A stretch of 63,692 bases of DNA, filler included, from Sphacelaria rigidula (taxonomy: Eukaryota), in NCBI GenBank assembly GCA_964200075.2. It is 8 parts of 8 records of this genome, joined end to end, with 100 filler letters (N's around TTAATTAATTAA, not from the genome) between each part and the next. Parts side by side here need not be neighbours in the genome. Positions count along the whole stretch, not along the records: positions 7,975 to 15,848 come from CAXNAA020013144.1; positions 15,949 to 23,822 come from CAXNAA020013145.1; 6 more parts are not named here. One strand, given 5' to 3'. The position numbers and the translations under genes were made by a program. The notes beneath the pieces were generated by a model that did not search any database, had not been told where the DNA came from, and saw only the letters and a list, made by a program, of their open reading frames with translations. Below, piece after piece: positions 12,099 through 23,922 of the stretch (position 1 is the stretch's first letter; every line of letters begins with the position of its first letter).

Positions 12099-13598
12099 CA
12101 CGGTTCGGACGAATCAGAGTTCATACGAGTTGACTCCTAAAGAATGTTCGAGTGCGAATCATGTACCAATGAGTCATCCGGTGCGAATCGCGAATGGTGA
12201 AGATGTGTATTCAAGGTCATACCGCACGAATCATGGACCTGAAACGTGTACACTTCAGGTTGTTCGACACGAATCAGTATTGAAAAATACGTATGAATCA
12301 TCGTCCATGTACGAATCATTGGTGGAGAACACATACTCATGATTCATCCCCCATGAACCAACCGGTGGGCCACATGTACCCATGAGTCGTGCCGCATGAA
12401 AACGAGGGGGAAAATATGTACCCATGATTCACCCCGCACAAACTTGACGGGAGAAATATGTACTCGCGATTCATCCCACATGAACAAAAGGGTAGGAGAC
12501 ATGTATCAATGTTTCATGCCGTATGAATTGAAGGTAGGAGACACGTATCAATGACTCATCCGGCATGAGCGCAAGGGTGGGTGACATGTACATATGCTTC
12601 ATCCCGCATGAACTAAAGGGGATGCATGTGTACCCATGATTCATGCCATATGAAGGCAATGGTGGGAAAAATGTATCCATGGTTCATGAATTCATTATGA
12701 AAAGGGGAGAATACGTACCCTTGATTCATGCCGGATGACGGGAAGGCGAGAAACATGTACACATGATTCATGTCGTATAAAAGCAAGGTGGCAATCACGT
12801 GCCCACGATTGATGACTCATGAATCACGGGTGGAAAGCGGGAACAAATCGCCGCCCTCTGCGGGACTGTACGATTTGTTTCATGTGTGAACCAAGAAGTC
12901 ACTACACACATGGATGTTCCAAAAACACACCTAAAACCACACAGCTTGAAGTACGATACCAGTTTGCGTTTCCCCCCCCCTTTTGCCGCAAATACTTTCG
13001 GGTGTCATCCACATCGAGATACCCCAGGGCAGATATACATGCGATTCATGCCGAATGAACTAAGCATTGGGGGACACGTACACATGATTCGTCCCGCATG
13101 AACTCAAGGGCGGTCAGTTGCACATGCGATTCTTGCCGAATTAACTAAGCGTTGGGCGACATGTACCCATGATTCGTCCCGCATGACCTCAAGGGCGGGC
13201 AGATGCACATGCGATTCATGCCGGATGAACTAAGCGTTGGGCGATATGTACACATGATTCGTCCCACATGAACTCAAGGGCGGGCAGATGTACATGCGAT
13301 TCATGCCGGATGAACTAAACGTCGTTGGGAGACATGCACACATGATTCCTCCCACATGAACTGAAGGAGATAATTGTGTGCCCATGATTTACCCCATATG
13401 AAGGGAAGGGGAAGCATGTACCTTCCACGGTGTACCGCACGAATCACGAACTCGGAATGTGTACACTTCAATTAATTTGTGTCGTACGAATCACGAACTC
13501 GAAATATGTACAAATCACAAATGATGTACGAATCATATGATTTATTTGTTCAAATGGTGAACACGAGTTGAATCACGATTTGATTTTTCCGAACCGTG
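12099..13598. mobile_element. 1.5-kb non-autonomous hAT-type DNA transposon filled with tandem repeats
   Basis: TIRs CACGGTTCGGA...TCCGAACCGTG (perfect 11 bp, extendable to AATCA); 8-bp TSD CAACCAGC/CAACCAAC with one mismatch; no transposase ORF. Confidence 0.85.
12160..13405. repeat. Two blocks of ~42-bp tandem repeats (12160-12820 and 13027-13405), the second organised as an 85-bp dimer repeated 4 times
   Basis: Core ATGTACCCATGATTCATCCCGCATGAA followed by a G-rich variable tail; dimer starts at 13027, 13112, 13197 and 13282. Confidence 0.9.
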
Positions 13599-13613
13599 CA
13601 ACCAACCACTCAC

Positions 13614-13995
13614 CGGGATTTCTAGCTGCCGAAGACACATCTCCCGCAGCTCTTCTCGCAAGAAATCAGGCTGCCACCGCCCCGCTCCACCCACTCTTAC
13701 CGACGACCTCCGCAGCCCTCTCCGCGCTTCAGCTTCCCCTCCCTGGTGCGGGTCCTCCACCCGAGGCTGGCTTCGACGCTCTGGCCCGTCGCCCCGGCCA
13801 CCGTCTTGTAGGGTGGGGCCGTCCGCCCCATCGTTTCCTCCGCTCACATGAACAACGACGAATCTGTGGGTTCCAAGGTTCAGGTCGATATCACCGCACC
13901 CGGAGGAGCCGGGGAGTGGGGGAGGGGGAGGAGGGATGGGGATAGTCAACGATGTCTTGGACATCACAGCCAAGGCCTGTCTCATAGACCAGGTG
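13614..13995 (-). CDS. USP gene exon (N-terminal half with low-complexity insertions; acceptor could also be at 14013 or 14030)
   Basis: TWSMRQALAVM...HRFVVVHVS...LREELREMCLRQLEIP with perfect donor G|GTGAGT at 13613. Resembles USP helix 1, strand 2 (VVHV) and helix 2. Confidence 0.7.
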
Positions 13996-15488
13996 CTGGC
14001 AGAGTCTGTCATGCTAGCGCCTGCCCGCCGCTAACCGAAGGTTCTATCGTCGATCTGGTGTGTCCTGTGCGCTTGTTTTCCTCCCGGCCGCTTTGCTGCT
14101 GCTTGGCCTCCGATCTAAAGTCTATCGTGCACCTGAGTGCTGCTCTTGGACATACTCTGGCCCCACTAGCGAAGCCTTCTCAGAGTTAACGAAGCCGACG
14201 CATGGCAGGTCACTGGAGGGAGCAGGAACGTGACGTTTGGCGGAATGCTCTACTAGTGTCCCAACCAGTGAACGATACCATACATATACACAACATTGGC
14301 TTATTTTGTCAACACAAGGGGTAAGCACTACTGTACCCTTACTTGATGTATGTTGATGCAAAAAGCAACTTCATATGTATACCGCATATACTGCAACCCG
14401 ATCATGGAACTGCGATGGAAGCTGCTCTTGAGTAAAATCACGGTATGCATTCTCAGGGGGAAAACGCCGAGCTCTGGCTATTGACTCGACTTGAATTGGG
14501 AGGGGGGCGCGGAGATCGACCGTTTCGCTCCGCCACATGAGAAACTACACTTGAAAAGATACATATCCGTTTCTTTTTGTAGACGGGCTGATCACGAGTG
14601 GCACCGCGCCCAGCATTGTCATTGTCCATCACTGCACCATGTCAAGCGATACTCAGGGCGAATCCGCCCGTCTCGATTCGTCGGAGACTGCGGTTGAAGC
14701 TTACCCCGTGGTCAAGGGAACCTTCCAACAAAGCGACTGCTCTTGTTAATGTGTTTGGTGAGATACACTGCACTCACGTGTTCTCGTTTCATATAATGTT
14801 CACGTTCACGTGTAGGATCGAGAATGTGTGGTCCGAAGATGATACTTTTCGACGCGTCTTGCAGTACGTATGGAATTTCGGTAAAGCCAGCGACCAACGC
14901 GTGTCGAGTTCTGGATGATGACTGCCAACGACAAACTTTACTCTGAACACAAATCACGTTATTCTTGTCGCGTAGGTGCCGTCGGCTATTTGTGCTGCAC
15001 AAACAAAAGCGATGGTTATTGGTACAGTAGTTCCAGTTTTTCTGAAGAATGTGACATGTTTTACAAAAGTGAGCGCGCGTACATCAGCGGTGCCTGAACA
15101 ACACATGTTCACGCAGTATACGAAATGAATGTCATGAATTAAGTTGCCGCCCTGAATCGCGGCCGTGCTGTCATAATAACGGAACTGACCAGGTAGCTCA
15201 CAAGTAATATCTACAAACCAATATTGTGAGGATGTTTCGGCTCATCTAGTGGCTTTGATTGTATTGTTTCATATATTGTGCCACCACTGTTCCTGTGGGT
15301 GCTAGGGGATAACATCAAGATCAAGAGCCATGATGAAATATTCCGCAGCCTAGACAAATGTACAGACTGTCACCGTACATATACCGGGGACCGCCACTAG
15401 AAAACATTTCCGGGCCGACATACACGACATGAAGAAAACTAAACAATCCAATGATTTCCCCCCGGAAACACATTTTATTTATCCCACC

Positions 15489-15639
15489 ATAACACAGCCC
15501 GGACATAGACATGGAATAGAGAAGCTAACCCTCTTTTTTATTTAACCTACTATAACACAGCCCGGACATAGACATGAAATAGAGCAGCTAACCCTCCTTT
15601 TTCTTTAACCTACTATAACACAGCCCGGACATAGACATG
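15489..15639. repeat. 63-bp tandem repeat, about 2.4 copies
   Basis: ATAACACAGCCCGGACATAGACATG at 15489, 15552 and 15615. Confidence 0.9.
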
Positions 15640-15848
15640 TAATCGCGGAAAATAGCCGAGATTTTCCCCCATCATATTATAACAAACGCAAGACGATAGT
15701 AAAAGCCGAAACCTAGACATGTAAACAACAGCATAAAGGTTTACCACCTTACATGCAAAAAAAAATACAGAAGATGTAACCAGTACGGATAGGCTAGGGT
15801 CATCACCCCCTTCATGTCAAATTCACATGGAGGTTGGGGTCTCGTGGT

Positions 15849-15948
15849 NNNNNNNNNNNNNNNNNNNNNNNNNNNNNNNNNNNNNNNNNNNNTTAATTAA
15901 TTAANNNNNNNNNNNNNNNNNNNNNNNNNNNNNNNNNNNNNNNNNNNN
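15849..15948. other. Artificial contig spacer
   Basis: N/TTAATTAATTAA/N, 100 bp. Confidence 0.98.
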
Positions 15949-16155
15949 CTGATTGACCGCTTTTCACTCTCAATCGTATCATCTACTCTCAATCTCACGA
16001 AAACACTGTTTTTTGTGTCGCGTCTGGGTGAATTTTTCTGGGTCGGAATTTTTTTCACCATATTTTGGGGTAGCCAGCCCGTGACCACGGAAGGCGTCCG
16101 CATTGAATGACTAGTACAGAGTACTGGGTAGACATCGGAGTGGTTTTGAATGTGA

Positions 16156-16157
<2 letters not shown>

Positions 16158-16188
<31 letters not shown>

Positions 16189-16215
16189 CTACTACTACTA
16201 CTACTACTACTACTG

Positions 16216-16284
<69 letters not shown>
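16158..16284. repeat. Compound (ACA)n(CTA)n microsatellite
   Basis: Seen directly. Confidence 0.95.
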
Positions 16285-16285
<1 letters not shown>

Positions 16286-18215
16286 ATATTCCACCCCATA
16301 TAAAACAATAAAAGGGCATTTGTTATAAGTGATGAACGATGACAAACATCTGGGTCCTAGTGTCCAGTCTAGGAAAACGTTGTACTGAGAAGTGCACCCC
16401 ACCGTGGCATTATTGAAAAACAAAGTTGAAATTCAACCTCCGACCTGCTTTTTGTTGTCTCTGATCTTCCGCCTGTGGCTCAGCAGCGACGCTTCGAACT
16501 GGCTACCGGTAACAGCTCTTCTTCATTTATTGTGGGTCAGACTGGGATTCACGCGAAGATGTAACAAGGTATTTGGGGCCCTCGCGTTTCCTCACATGGA
16601 GGATATCGTCCACTCATCATTTAAATGAACTCAGAAGAGCCATTACCACCTGCACATACAGGGCGTATTGTAGGTTTCTATCCACCTTTTTACAAAAAGC
16701 CCGTAGTCCGCTGTCTACCAATCCCAACACGGGCGAGTGCAATGAGCAGATCGTACAGATGCGTTCGTCCCAACCTCTTTTCATTATCATGATCTTTCCG
16801 CATATTATTAGCTCCAGCCTTCTCTTGATGTCCCCTGATTTTTTTGTGGTTGGCTCTGCGATGATGCTTCGGGCTGACTACGGGTAACAGCTCTTCTTCG
16901 TGTTCCATTTATCGGTCACACTGGAATCCACGCGAAGAGGTGAGGAGATTTTGGGGTCCTCGCGTCTCGTGTGCAAGAAATCATCAACTCATGACTCTTT
17001 CCAAGACGTTGCCAGAAAAGTCTTCTCAAAATCTGGTGCAGGTCCATACTACTGTAGGAACTCAACCAACCCCAACACAACCTCAGCACTAAATCTCTTA
17101 CAGATAACAACCCCTAGCTGCGCACATGAGGGTGTGATTTTCAAAGTAGGGCGTAGGTTTATGCCAGCCACCGTCCCGATGTTGTGGAGTGCCTAAAGCG
17201 GCGAGAAACACGTCTGGTTTACCTGAGGCTGCCGTGCTGTGGTCCGAACAAACACGCCGGGAACAGGTCTGCGTGGCGAATCTGAGCCCCTTTGGGGTTT
17301 CCTTCCCAGGCATCGGAAGCTGGAGGCAGCCTTGAGTCTGCCATCATGTCATGATATCATGAGCACAGTCCGTAGTCAATAGTAGCACAAACCGCGACAG
17401 CAGCGTTGACCTACTGCACGGCGATGCGGCGGAACCCTGCATTCCGCCGCGAACTGCATTCCGCCGCTTGTCATATATTCCACGTATGGCTGCGGCCAGC
17501 GGCACAGAAACTCAAAAGATGGCCACAGCGATATGTGTGCCCTCCCTCCTCTGCGTGCTTCCTACACTTGATTCAAGCTTGATTGTGCCAGTTGTGCTCT
17601 GGATGGATCAGAAGTTGTTAGATGATGACCTTCACGAAACGCGTGAGGAAAAACATTCCGACGTGGACGAACGTATCGGGTGAACGACTATCGATACATC
17701 CCATCACCACACTCTTAGAGGTGCAAACTAAGAGCACACATATGCGCGTGATACACACGTGGGGACCAATACAGATGCACAAAGACGAGTAATAATGCGG
17801 TCAACAGAATCCATGCCCTCGCGGAGATACCAACGTACGCAAGAATCAGACGTCAAACATAAAAAGATGTTGCTCATCATCCCGAAACACGCAACACATG
17901 TGCTGTACAAGGCGCACAACTTTGATCGAGACTGCTGTACTTGTACGAGTATACTCGAAGTACACTGCGTTGGATGCGGCGAGTTTTTCAGTATAACAGC
18001 CATTTCACGAAGCTGCATATTGCGTGTGATGTGCTGTACCGGCTACATTGAACACCTAATGCACGCAGACGGATCGTCAAGGGACTTGATAAACCCTTCA
18101 TGTTTCGTACGTTTCATATAAAGTGCACTCTAAACTATTCTGCAATGGACATGAAAACATAAAGTATGAGGCAGTTTCGTACGGTTAGCAAGCATTTTCA
18201 TGGAACGAGGTTGTA

Positions 18216-18518
18216 CACTAAAATGAGGTTCAAGCCCAAAACAGGGCTTTCCCCATACTTTCAGAGATGATGCCCAATGGCTTTTTGTCGACCTAATGCC
18301 CCTCTATCGTGTGGATAATTTTTCAGCGCATTTTACTAACCCTAACCCTATTAGGGTAAATGGCGGTTTCGGTCGGCACTCTAAGCTCACAGAGTCGGAA
18401 AATTCGCTGAAAGAGTATCTACGCGATCGAGGGGCATTAGGCCGACAAAAAAGCCATCGGGCATCATCGCTGAAAGTGTGGGGGTAGCATTGTTTTGGGC
18501 TTGAACCTCATTTTATAG
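18216..18518. mobile_element. Foldback MITE with ~115-bp inverted arms
   Basis: TAAAATGAGGTTCAAGCCCAAAA...TTTTGGGCTTGAACCTCATTTTA with inner arms also complementary. A related end lies at 55819-55851. Confidence 0.85.
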
Positions 18519-18524
18519 AACTGT

Positions 18525-19065
18525 CCGTTGGTTGGTATTTAGGGGGTGCATTTTCCACTCATGGGGCATTCGACGTGGTTCCTGGCCCCTAACAGGGAAT
18601 ATCGCCATCACACGTCTTGAACACTTCGCATCACCCCGAGGAGTCTAGCCCACTGTTCCGATTCGCCTGGCTCCGAGGTTTCGAGAACGACCCCTGGACA
18701 AAAACACGATTGACTGGAGAAAACGCGCGGTGCGATACTCTAGTCAACTTTTCCGATTCGCTTGGCTCCGAGGTTTCGAGAATAGCCTCTGCACAAAAAT
18801 ACAGCTGGCAACAAAAAAGATGCGGTGTCTGCCGGTATTTCCACACCGAGTTTTCTTTCCAGCCATGTCTTCGTCCCGAGGCCATTCTTGAATCTCGGAG
18901 CCAAGCGAATAAGAAAAGTGGGCTAGGATCCTCTCGGTGGGGCGATGTACAAGTATCGAAGACATGCGATGCCAACATTCCTTGTTTGGGGGCCAAAATC
19001 TGGGCCAAATGTCCCGAAAATGGAAACTACGCTCCCCAAGAAATATCAACCGTAAGAAACGGTCC
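18525..19065. mobile_element. Second foldback MITE (diverged ~170-bp arms); more decayed relative at about 19490-19880
   Basis: CATCACCCCGAGGAGTCTAGCCCACT...TTCGCCTGGCTCCGAG is the reverse complement of CTCGGAGCCAAGCGAA...AGTGGGCTAGGATCCTCTCGGTGGGGCGATG. Confidence 0.7.
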
Positions 19066-20125
19066 ACCATACAGGAAATTTTGGGATGTGCTTCCCTGAG
19101 ACAAACAGTGTCAAGTTACTTGAATTTGGCGCATTCTGCAATATCTCACGCGACAGTGTCCCGTGAACCTGTCACGTGACTGCTGGTCATCATGGAGAGT
19201 CAAAAGTGACAAATCTAAGAGAAACAACCACCGAAGTGTAAGATCTCAGAACGTTACTCAAACTATGGACCAGCACAACGCTAATAAATACAGCCACCCG
19301 CCAACTATTAATACAACATCAGCAGAAACGAACAGATGACCCACACAGACCACACTGTAAGACCCGATAGACGATGCCTGTACATTGATTTTTACTTCTT
19401 GCTGGGACTGGATCTTGATTTTTGGCTCCCGATTTTCCAGTTGTGGAAGACCTTACACCGTCTTTAGCCCTGGTACATGAACTATCCCAGCCATGTTTCT
19501 CGGACACCACGCATCACCCCACTGAAAGCGGCCAAGCCCATCAACCCGATTCGTCAGGCTCCGGGGTTTCGAGAAGCGCCACTGCACGAAAATTCCACTG
19601 GAAATGGCAAAACGTGGTGTCTGTAGTAATGTGGCAAAATTTCCACACGACCCCCACATTTTCCCATAATTCACTTGAACTTGTAGTATAGTGCCGATTT
19701 TCGAAATGTCGGGGCGAAGCGAATCGAACAAGTGGGCTTTAGAAGACCCCCTCAAGTGTGGCGATGTATAGTGTAAGAGACATGTGGTCGCAATATTTCC
19801 ATATTGAAGCTGAATATATCTGTCGATTTCGCCAAAACGAAAACCAAGACATGAAGGTCCAGCCCCGAAACAAGCTGCCTCACGTTGTAGGAATTCTGGG
19901 TAAACCAGACGTGAAGCGAGTGATCATATATTCTTGCAGTGTTGACTCATGCACCCTCATGTGTGAATATATCAAGTGAGCATGAAATTATCCCGTGAAA
20001 CGTTGAAGCATACATACGACTGGATAGCAGCAGCGCTCTTTACGAAGCATGTGCACCGCACGATATTATACTGGGTTTGTGCTGGAAAGCACTTGCACAG
20101 CCTCACTGGTTTGCTCACAAGTCAC

Positions 20126-20313
20126 CTGCTGAGCAAGGGTACTCCTCGTCCAATAACAGCTGCACACCTAATACAATATACAGCACCGTACTCCAGTCTT
20201 AGTCATACTCTAATAATCTGCTGAGCAAGGTTGCTCATTTTCCAATGACAGCTAGACGCCCATCACAACATACAGCACCGTACTCCAGATTTAGTCATAC
20301 TCTAATCATCTGC
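20126..20313. repeat. 92-bp tandem duplication covering the stop codon and 3' UTR start of the RoxA-like gene
   Basis: CTGCTGAGCAAGG...ACAGCACCGTACTCCAG...AGTCATACTCTAAT at 20126 and 20218. Confidence 0.85.
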
Positions 20314-20498
20314 AGGATAAAGGTAGCCCTCCTTCAATAACAAATGCAACAGTTCTGTCGCCCCTTCTCCGTTCTCCCCTTCCAATGAAGGACCCAGGTC
20401 CCACGGAGACAGTCTAGGCGCCGCACACAGGACTCCGACAAGAGGCGCCAACTCATTGGGTAGGGGGAACGGGTTCCCATCCACGAACAGCGTCAAGC
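20302..20498 (-). CDS. Terminal exon of a RoxA/YcfD-like JmjC (cupin_4) ribosomal oxygenase, C-terminal winged helix
   Basis: CAG|GLTLFVDGNPFPLPNELAPLVGVLCAAPRLSPWDLGPSLE...ATELLHLLLKEGYLYPADD* resembles the YcfD/RoxA C-terminus (l(F/Y)xnG...l..L...Gy(l/w)); phase 1 matches the upstream exon. Confidence 0.75.
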
Positions 20499-22000
20499 CT
20501 GCATGGAAAGAGGAAACAAAATGATTTTTCAGTGGTGACACGTTATACGGTAGCATTTTCAAACGAAAACATCATAGAACGGCAACACCAAGTGCGACAC
20601 GATTGAATCGTGAACTCTTGAGGTGTTACACGTTTGATTTACGTAAATCGAAACGGGAAAAGCCTAGCACAACGCGCAGCTGGAAGTTCCAACGATTGGG
20701 TTCGTTCTAGCCAACATCGCCAACATGAGGCGCTTCATGCAGCCTGAACTCAAACATTAGGCGTTATATGGCAATTTTTTTCGTGACACTTTTGGGCTGT
20801 TGTTTGGGGGAAACTATCGAAGAAAGTATCATAATCAAGCGATGAACGGTATTGTGTAGCAACGGTGCACGGGCATGAAGTTGAAGGGGAAGTTAAAACG
20901 TGAAACGAATGGGTGACAGCCACACAGAAACATGTCATGATTGAAACGCACCATACCTGAATGGGCACGATCGTATGACGACATAATCGAACCCTGACCA
21001 GGCTAAAAAGTGAAATAGTTTAATGATGACACAGTTGAGAGGCCACATAATTGGACGGCGGCAGAATTAGACGTTGCCCTATGCGCGTGAATCGCGATGG
21101 GCGTGCGGAGACAGGGTGGCTGTGAGCTACACGTGCGCCGACTGTAACGACGATGGCAAAGTATGACATTCATTTTCAATTTTCACAGTAGCCCTTTTCT
21201 CCCAACCCACGGGCGAAAGGTACTCGACTGAACCTGAACTACTAGAAGGTCGGCGGGAGAAAAGCTTTGGGGCTCAATACTAGTTGCCGACATTGTTTTT
21301 CAAGTGTACGGTGTCGTCATTCGAGAGCAATGCATTTGATTTCTAGTACGTACAGATCACAGGGGTCGGTGGGGGGGAGGGTACCCATGACGGAAAAAGC
21401 AACTCCGGCGTCACCTCCAGATCACGAGGGTATGTACCTTGATCGAACAGTTTTGCTTTACCAAAAAACTTCATGATCGCCCAGGCGTTTCCACCTTTTG
21501 GGTCGGCATTTTGTTCACCTAAGAGACGACTTCCAGACCCACGAGTTTAAGTGCGAGTACCCAGGGGCGCAACCCTTCGTATATCACCCCCAGAAATCTT
21601 CGGATATATTGCGTTTCTCGCTCTCTCGCTCTCTCGCTCTCTTCTTTACTTTATTTCAATACTATATTGGTATTTGTGTCTCGCCTTCGCAAAGCTCATG
21701 GACGGCAGGTAATGCCAAAATAGCGTGATTCCCATAGCTTCCACGGCATTCCTTTCTCCGCACGATCTTTTGACCTGAAGTCATGCTGCAGGGGCTGGGC
21801 ACTTCTTGCTTCTTGTCTTTTGATTTTCTTGCTCCCTCTCATTCATTCTTCATTTCTTTCTTTAATTATTTGTTGTCATCATTTTCTTTATTAGTTTCAT
21901 CGGGACCGGTGAACGGCCTTCTCCATTTTTCTTGTGCAGTACACTCCGTTTGTTGCATCCTTCAATCTATCGAAGATTCATCTAGCGAGACTTGACGTAC

Positions 22001-22233
22001 CTGAACCGACCCCCTCATGCTCCACAAACGCGAAAGTCAGGGCCTCAGCGTGATACACAAACGGCCCCACCTCTCCGACTCCATCATCACCGGTGCCCCC
22101 AGCTCTCGCTTCCTGCTGTCGTCGGAAGGCTCTTTTTACCCCAGCAGTAACATCTTCGGCCGTCCGGTATCCAAACGATAGACCATCCTCCTCATCCATG
22201 GCCATTGGGTAGTTCGTGTGGTCGCGACGAGAC
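22001..22233 (-). CDS. Penultimate exon of the RoxA/YcfD-like gene
   Basis: CAG|(R)SRRDHTNYPM...GPFVYHAEALTFAFVEHEGVGS(G)|GTACGT, in frame with the terminal exon. JmjC exons were not found on this contig. Confidence 0.72.
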
Positions 22234-23822
22234 CTGCGTATGTCACACAAAATTTCGCATCCTCATAACCATTCACCCGTTGCATAGCCACCCCACCATT
22301 TTTGTCGTGTAAACGAAAAACAAAACAAGAAACGTCGCGCGTGACAAGCAGTCTCTTGTTTCTTTACTTCGCCCGCAGTGACGGCAACTATTTGCTTCCA
22401 GCGAAGTGAGTGCCAGTTACATACACCATGCCCACGCCTCTGCCTGAGCTATTTGGTTGCTCGCATGAGGTCCTCGGCGAGATCTAGTTCGGCGAAAACA
22501 AACCCCACGCTCGCAGTTCGTCGACATGTGGCTGGACTGTGATGTTGACGTTCTCTTCAGACATTCCACGGTAGAGGGATTCAACGACATTGTTACCCGA
22601 AGGAAAAGGTTGACGGCAAAGAGCACTTGAAACGCCCATCACTCATATACCCAGCGATGAGTCCGTAACTTGATACAATTGATTCAGCAAGAAGCAAGGA
22701 AACTGCGCGTCACGTCGTGTGTTGTCGTGAATCACGCTCATGAATCGCCTTGCCCCGGCAACAATCACACACCCTACACTATTGTGAGATGAGTCAACGT
22801 ACGTGTGCTGACCAATGTCCCGCGTTTCGTTGCACGAGAGCCATCTACGCCAACCTGGGACGGAAAGAACTTGCGTCTGGTGGATAAGCAAGAATGACAG
22901 TCCCAACTCGAAAATACGCTAGCTGCACGAGAACAACAGGGGGAGGAAGAGTGCGGTGGAGCACAGTGGTGGTTCATCACGATCGAAGCATACAAATGAG
23001 GAAGCGCGGTCTGCAAGTAAAACACGTCTAGGAGACAGCAATCGCAGTTGCGACATTTGACTGATGGCTAGGGAGTCGGTGGTACTCCTTGTACAAAGGG
23101 AAACCGCGGGTTCGACAAATTGTGCCAGGTATCAACACTCTACTACTACCTGCATCACCACTGCTATTACTACGATACTACTGCAACCTCTGCTGCTACC
23201 CCTTTTTGTAGTAGCAAATGATGATGATGGCAATACTGTAGCAAGAACAATGATGATAGCCAACAAAAAGTAGAAATGGTGATGATGGCATTAATGAGAC
23301 TCCTGATAGTAAGTAATCCCGATAACAAAAACAAAAAATTTAGGGACAACAATACCGTCTTTGGGAAGAGTCGATTAGGCATCATCTAAGGTTAAGCTAT
23401 TTCGTTGTATTTTCACCCAACATGCATTAATTTGTTCGTCGTGGCTTACCGAGTGACGTGCGACCCAAACCAGCGGTCGAACATGACGTCATCATCCAGG
23501 GCCGACAACAACGCTTCGCGAATTATCCCCTTTGCTTTCGATACGGCATCTCTGTCGATCAAACCTATCAGAAGAGCAACAAAAACAGCAGTAGCAGCAG
23601 CAGCAGCAATACTAAGACCAGTGTTGCATATCGGATCGATAATAAAGTTCGATAGATATTTTTAGACTATCAAACCACAACCGCCGATATCGATATTTTT
23701 GTTGATATTCCGAAAATGACACGATACGTATCGAATATCGATATTCGATACGATATGGCTGTTTTTGTATGGCTGCAGTGTACACGACCGAGCGTCACAC
23801 TGGCACTGACACCCTCACTCAC

Positions 23823-23922
23823 NNNNNNNNNNNNNNNNNNNNNNNNNNNNNNNNNNNNNNNNNNNNTTAATTAATTAANNNNNNNNNNNNNNNNNNNNNN
23901 NNNNNNNNNNNNNNNNNNNNNN
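23823..23922. other. Artificial contig spacer
   Basis: N/TTAATTAATTAA/N, 100 bp. Confidence 0.98.

Noticed and set aside
12160-13405. CRISPR-like appearance of the ~42-bp array
   Set aside because: The variable parts are short and homologous to each other, the cores are degenerate, no cas genes are present, the context is a eukaryotic intron, and the array is bounded by TIRs and a TSD.
17223-17347. Candidate first exon (MMADSRLPP...LFPACLFGPQHGSL|GTAAAC, phase 2) that would splice in frame to the USP exon at 13995
   Set aside because: It lies on a different 7,874-bp segment across an artificial spacer. The phase match may be chance; it could be an exon of another gene.
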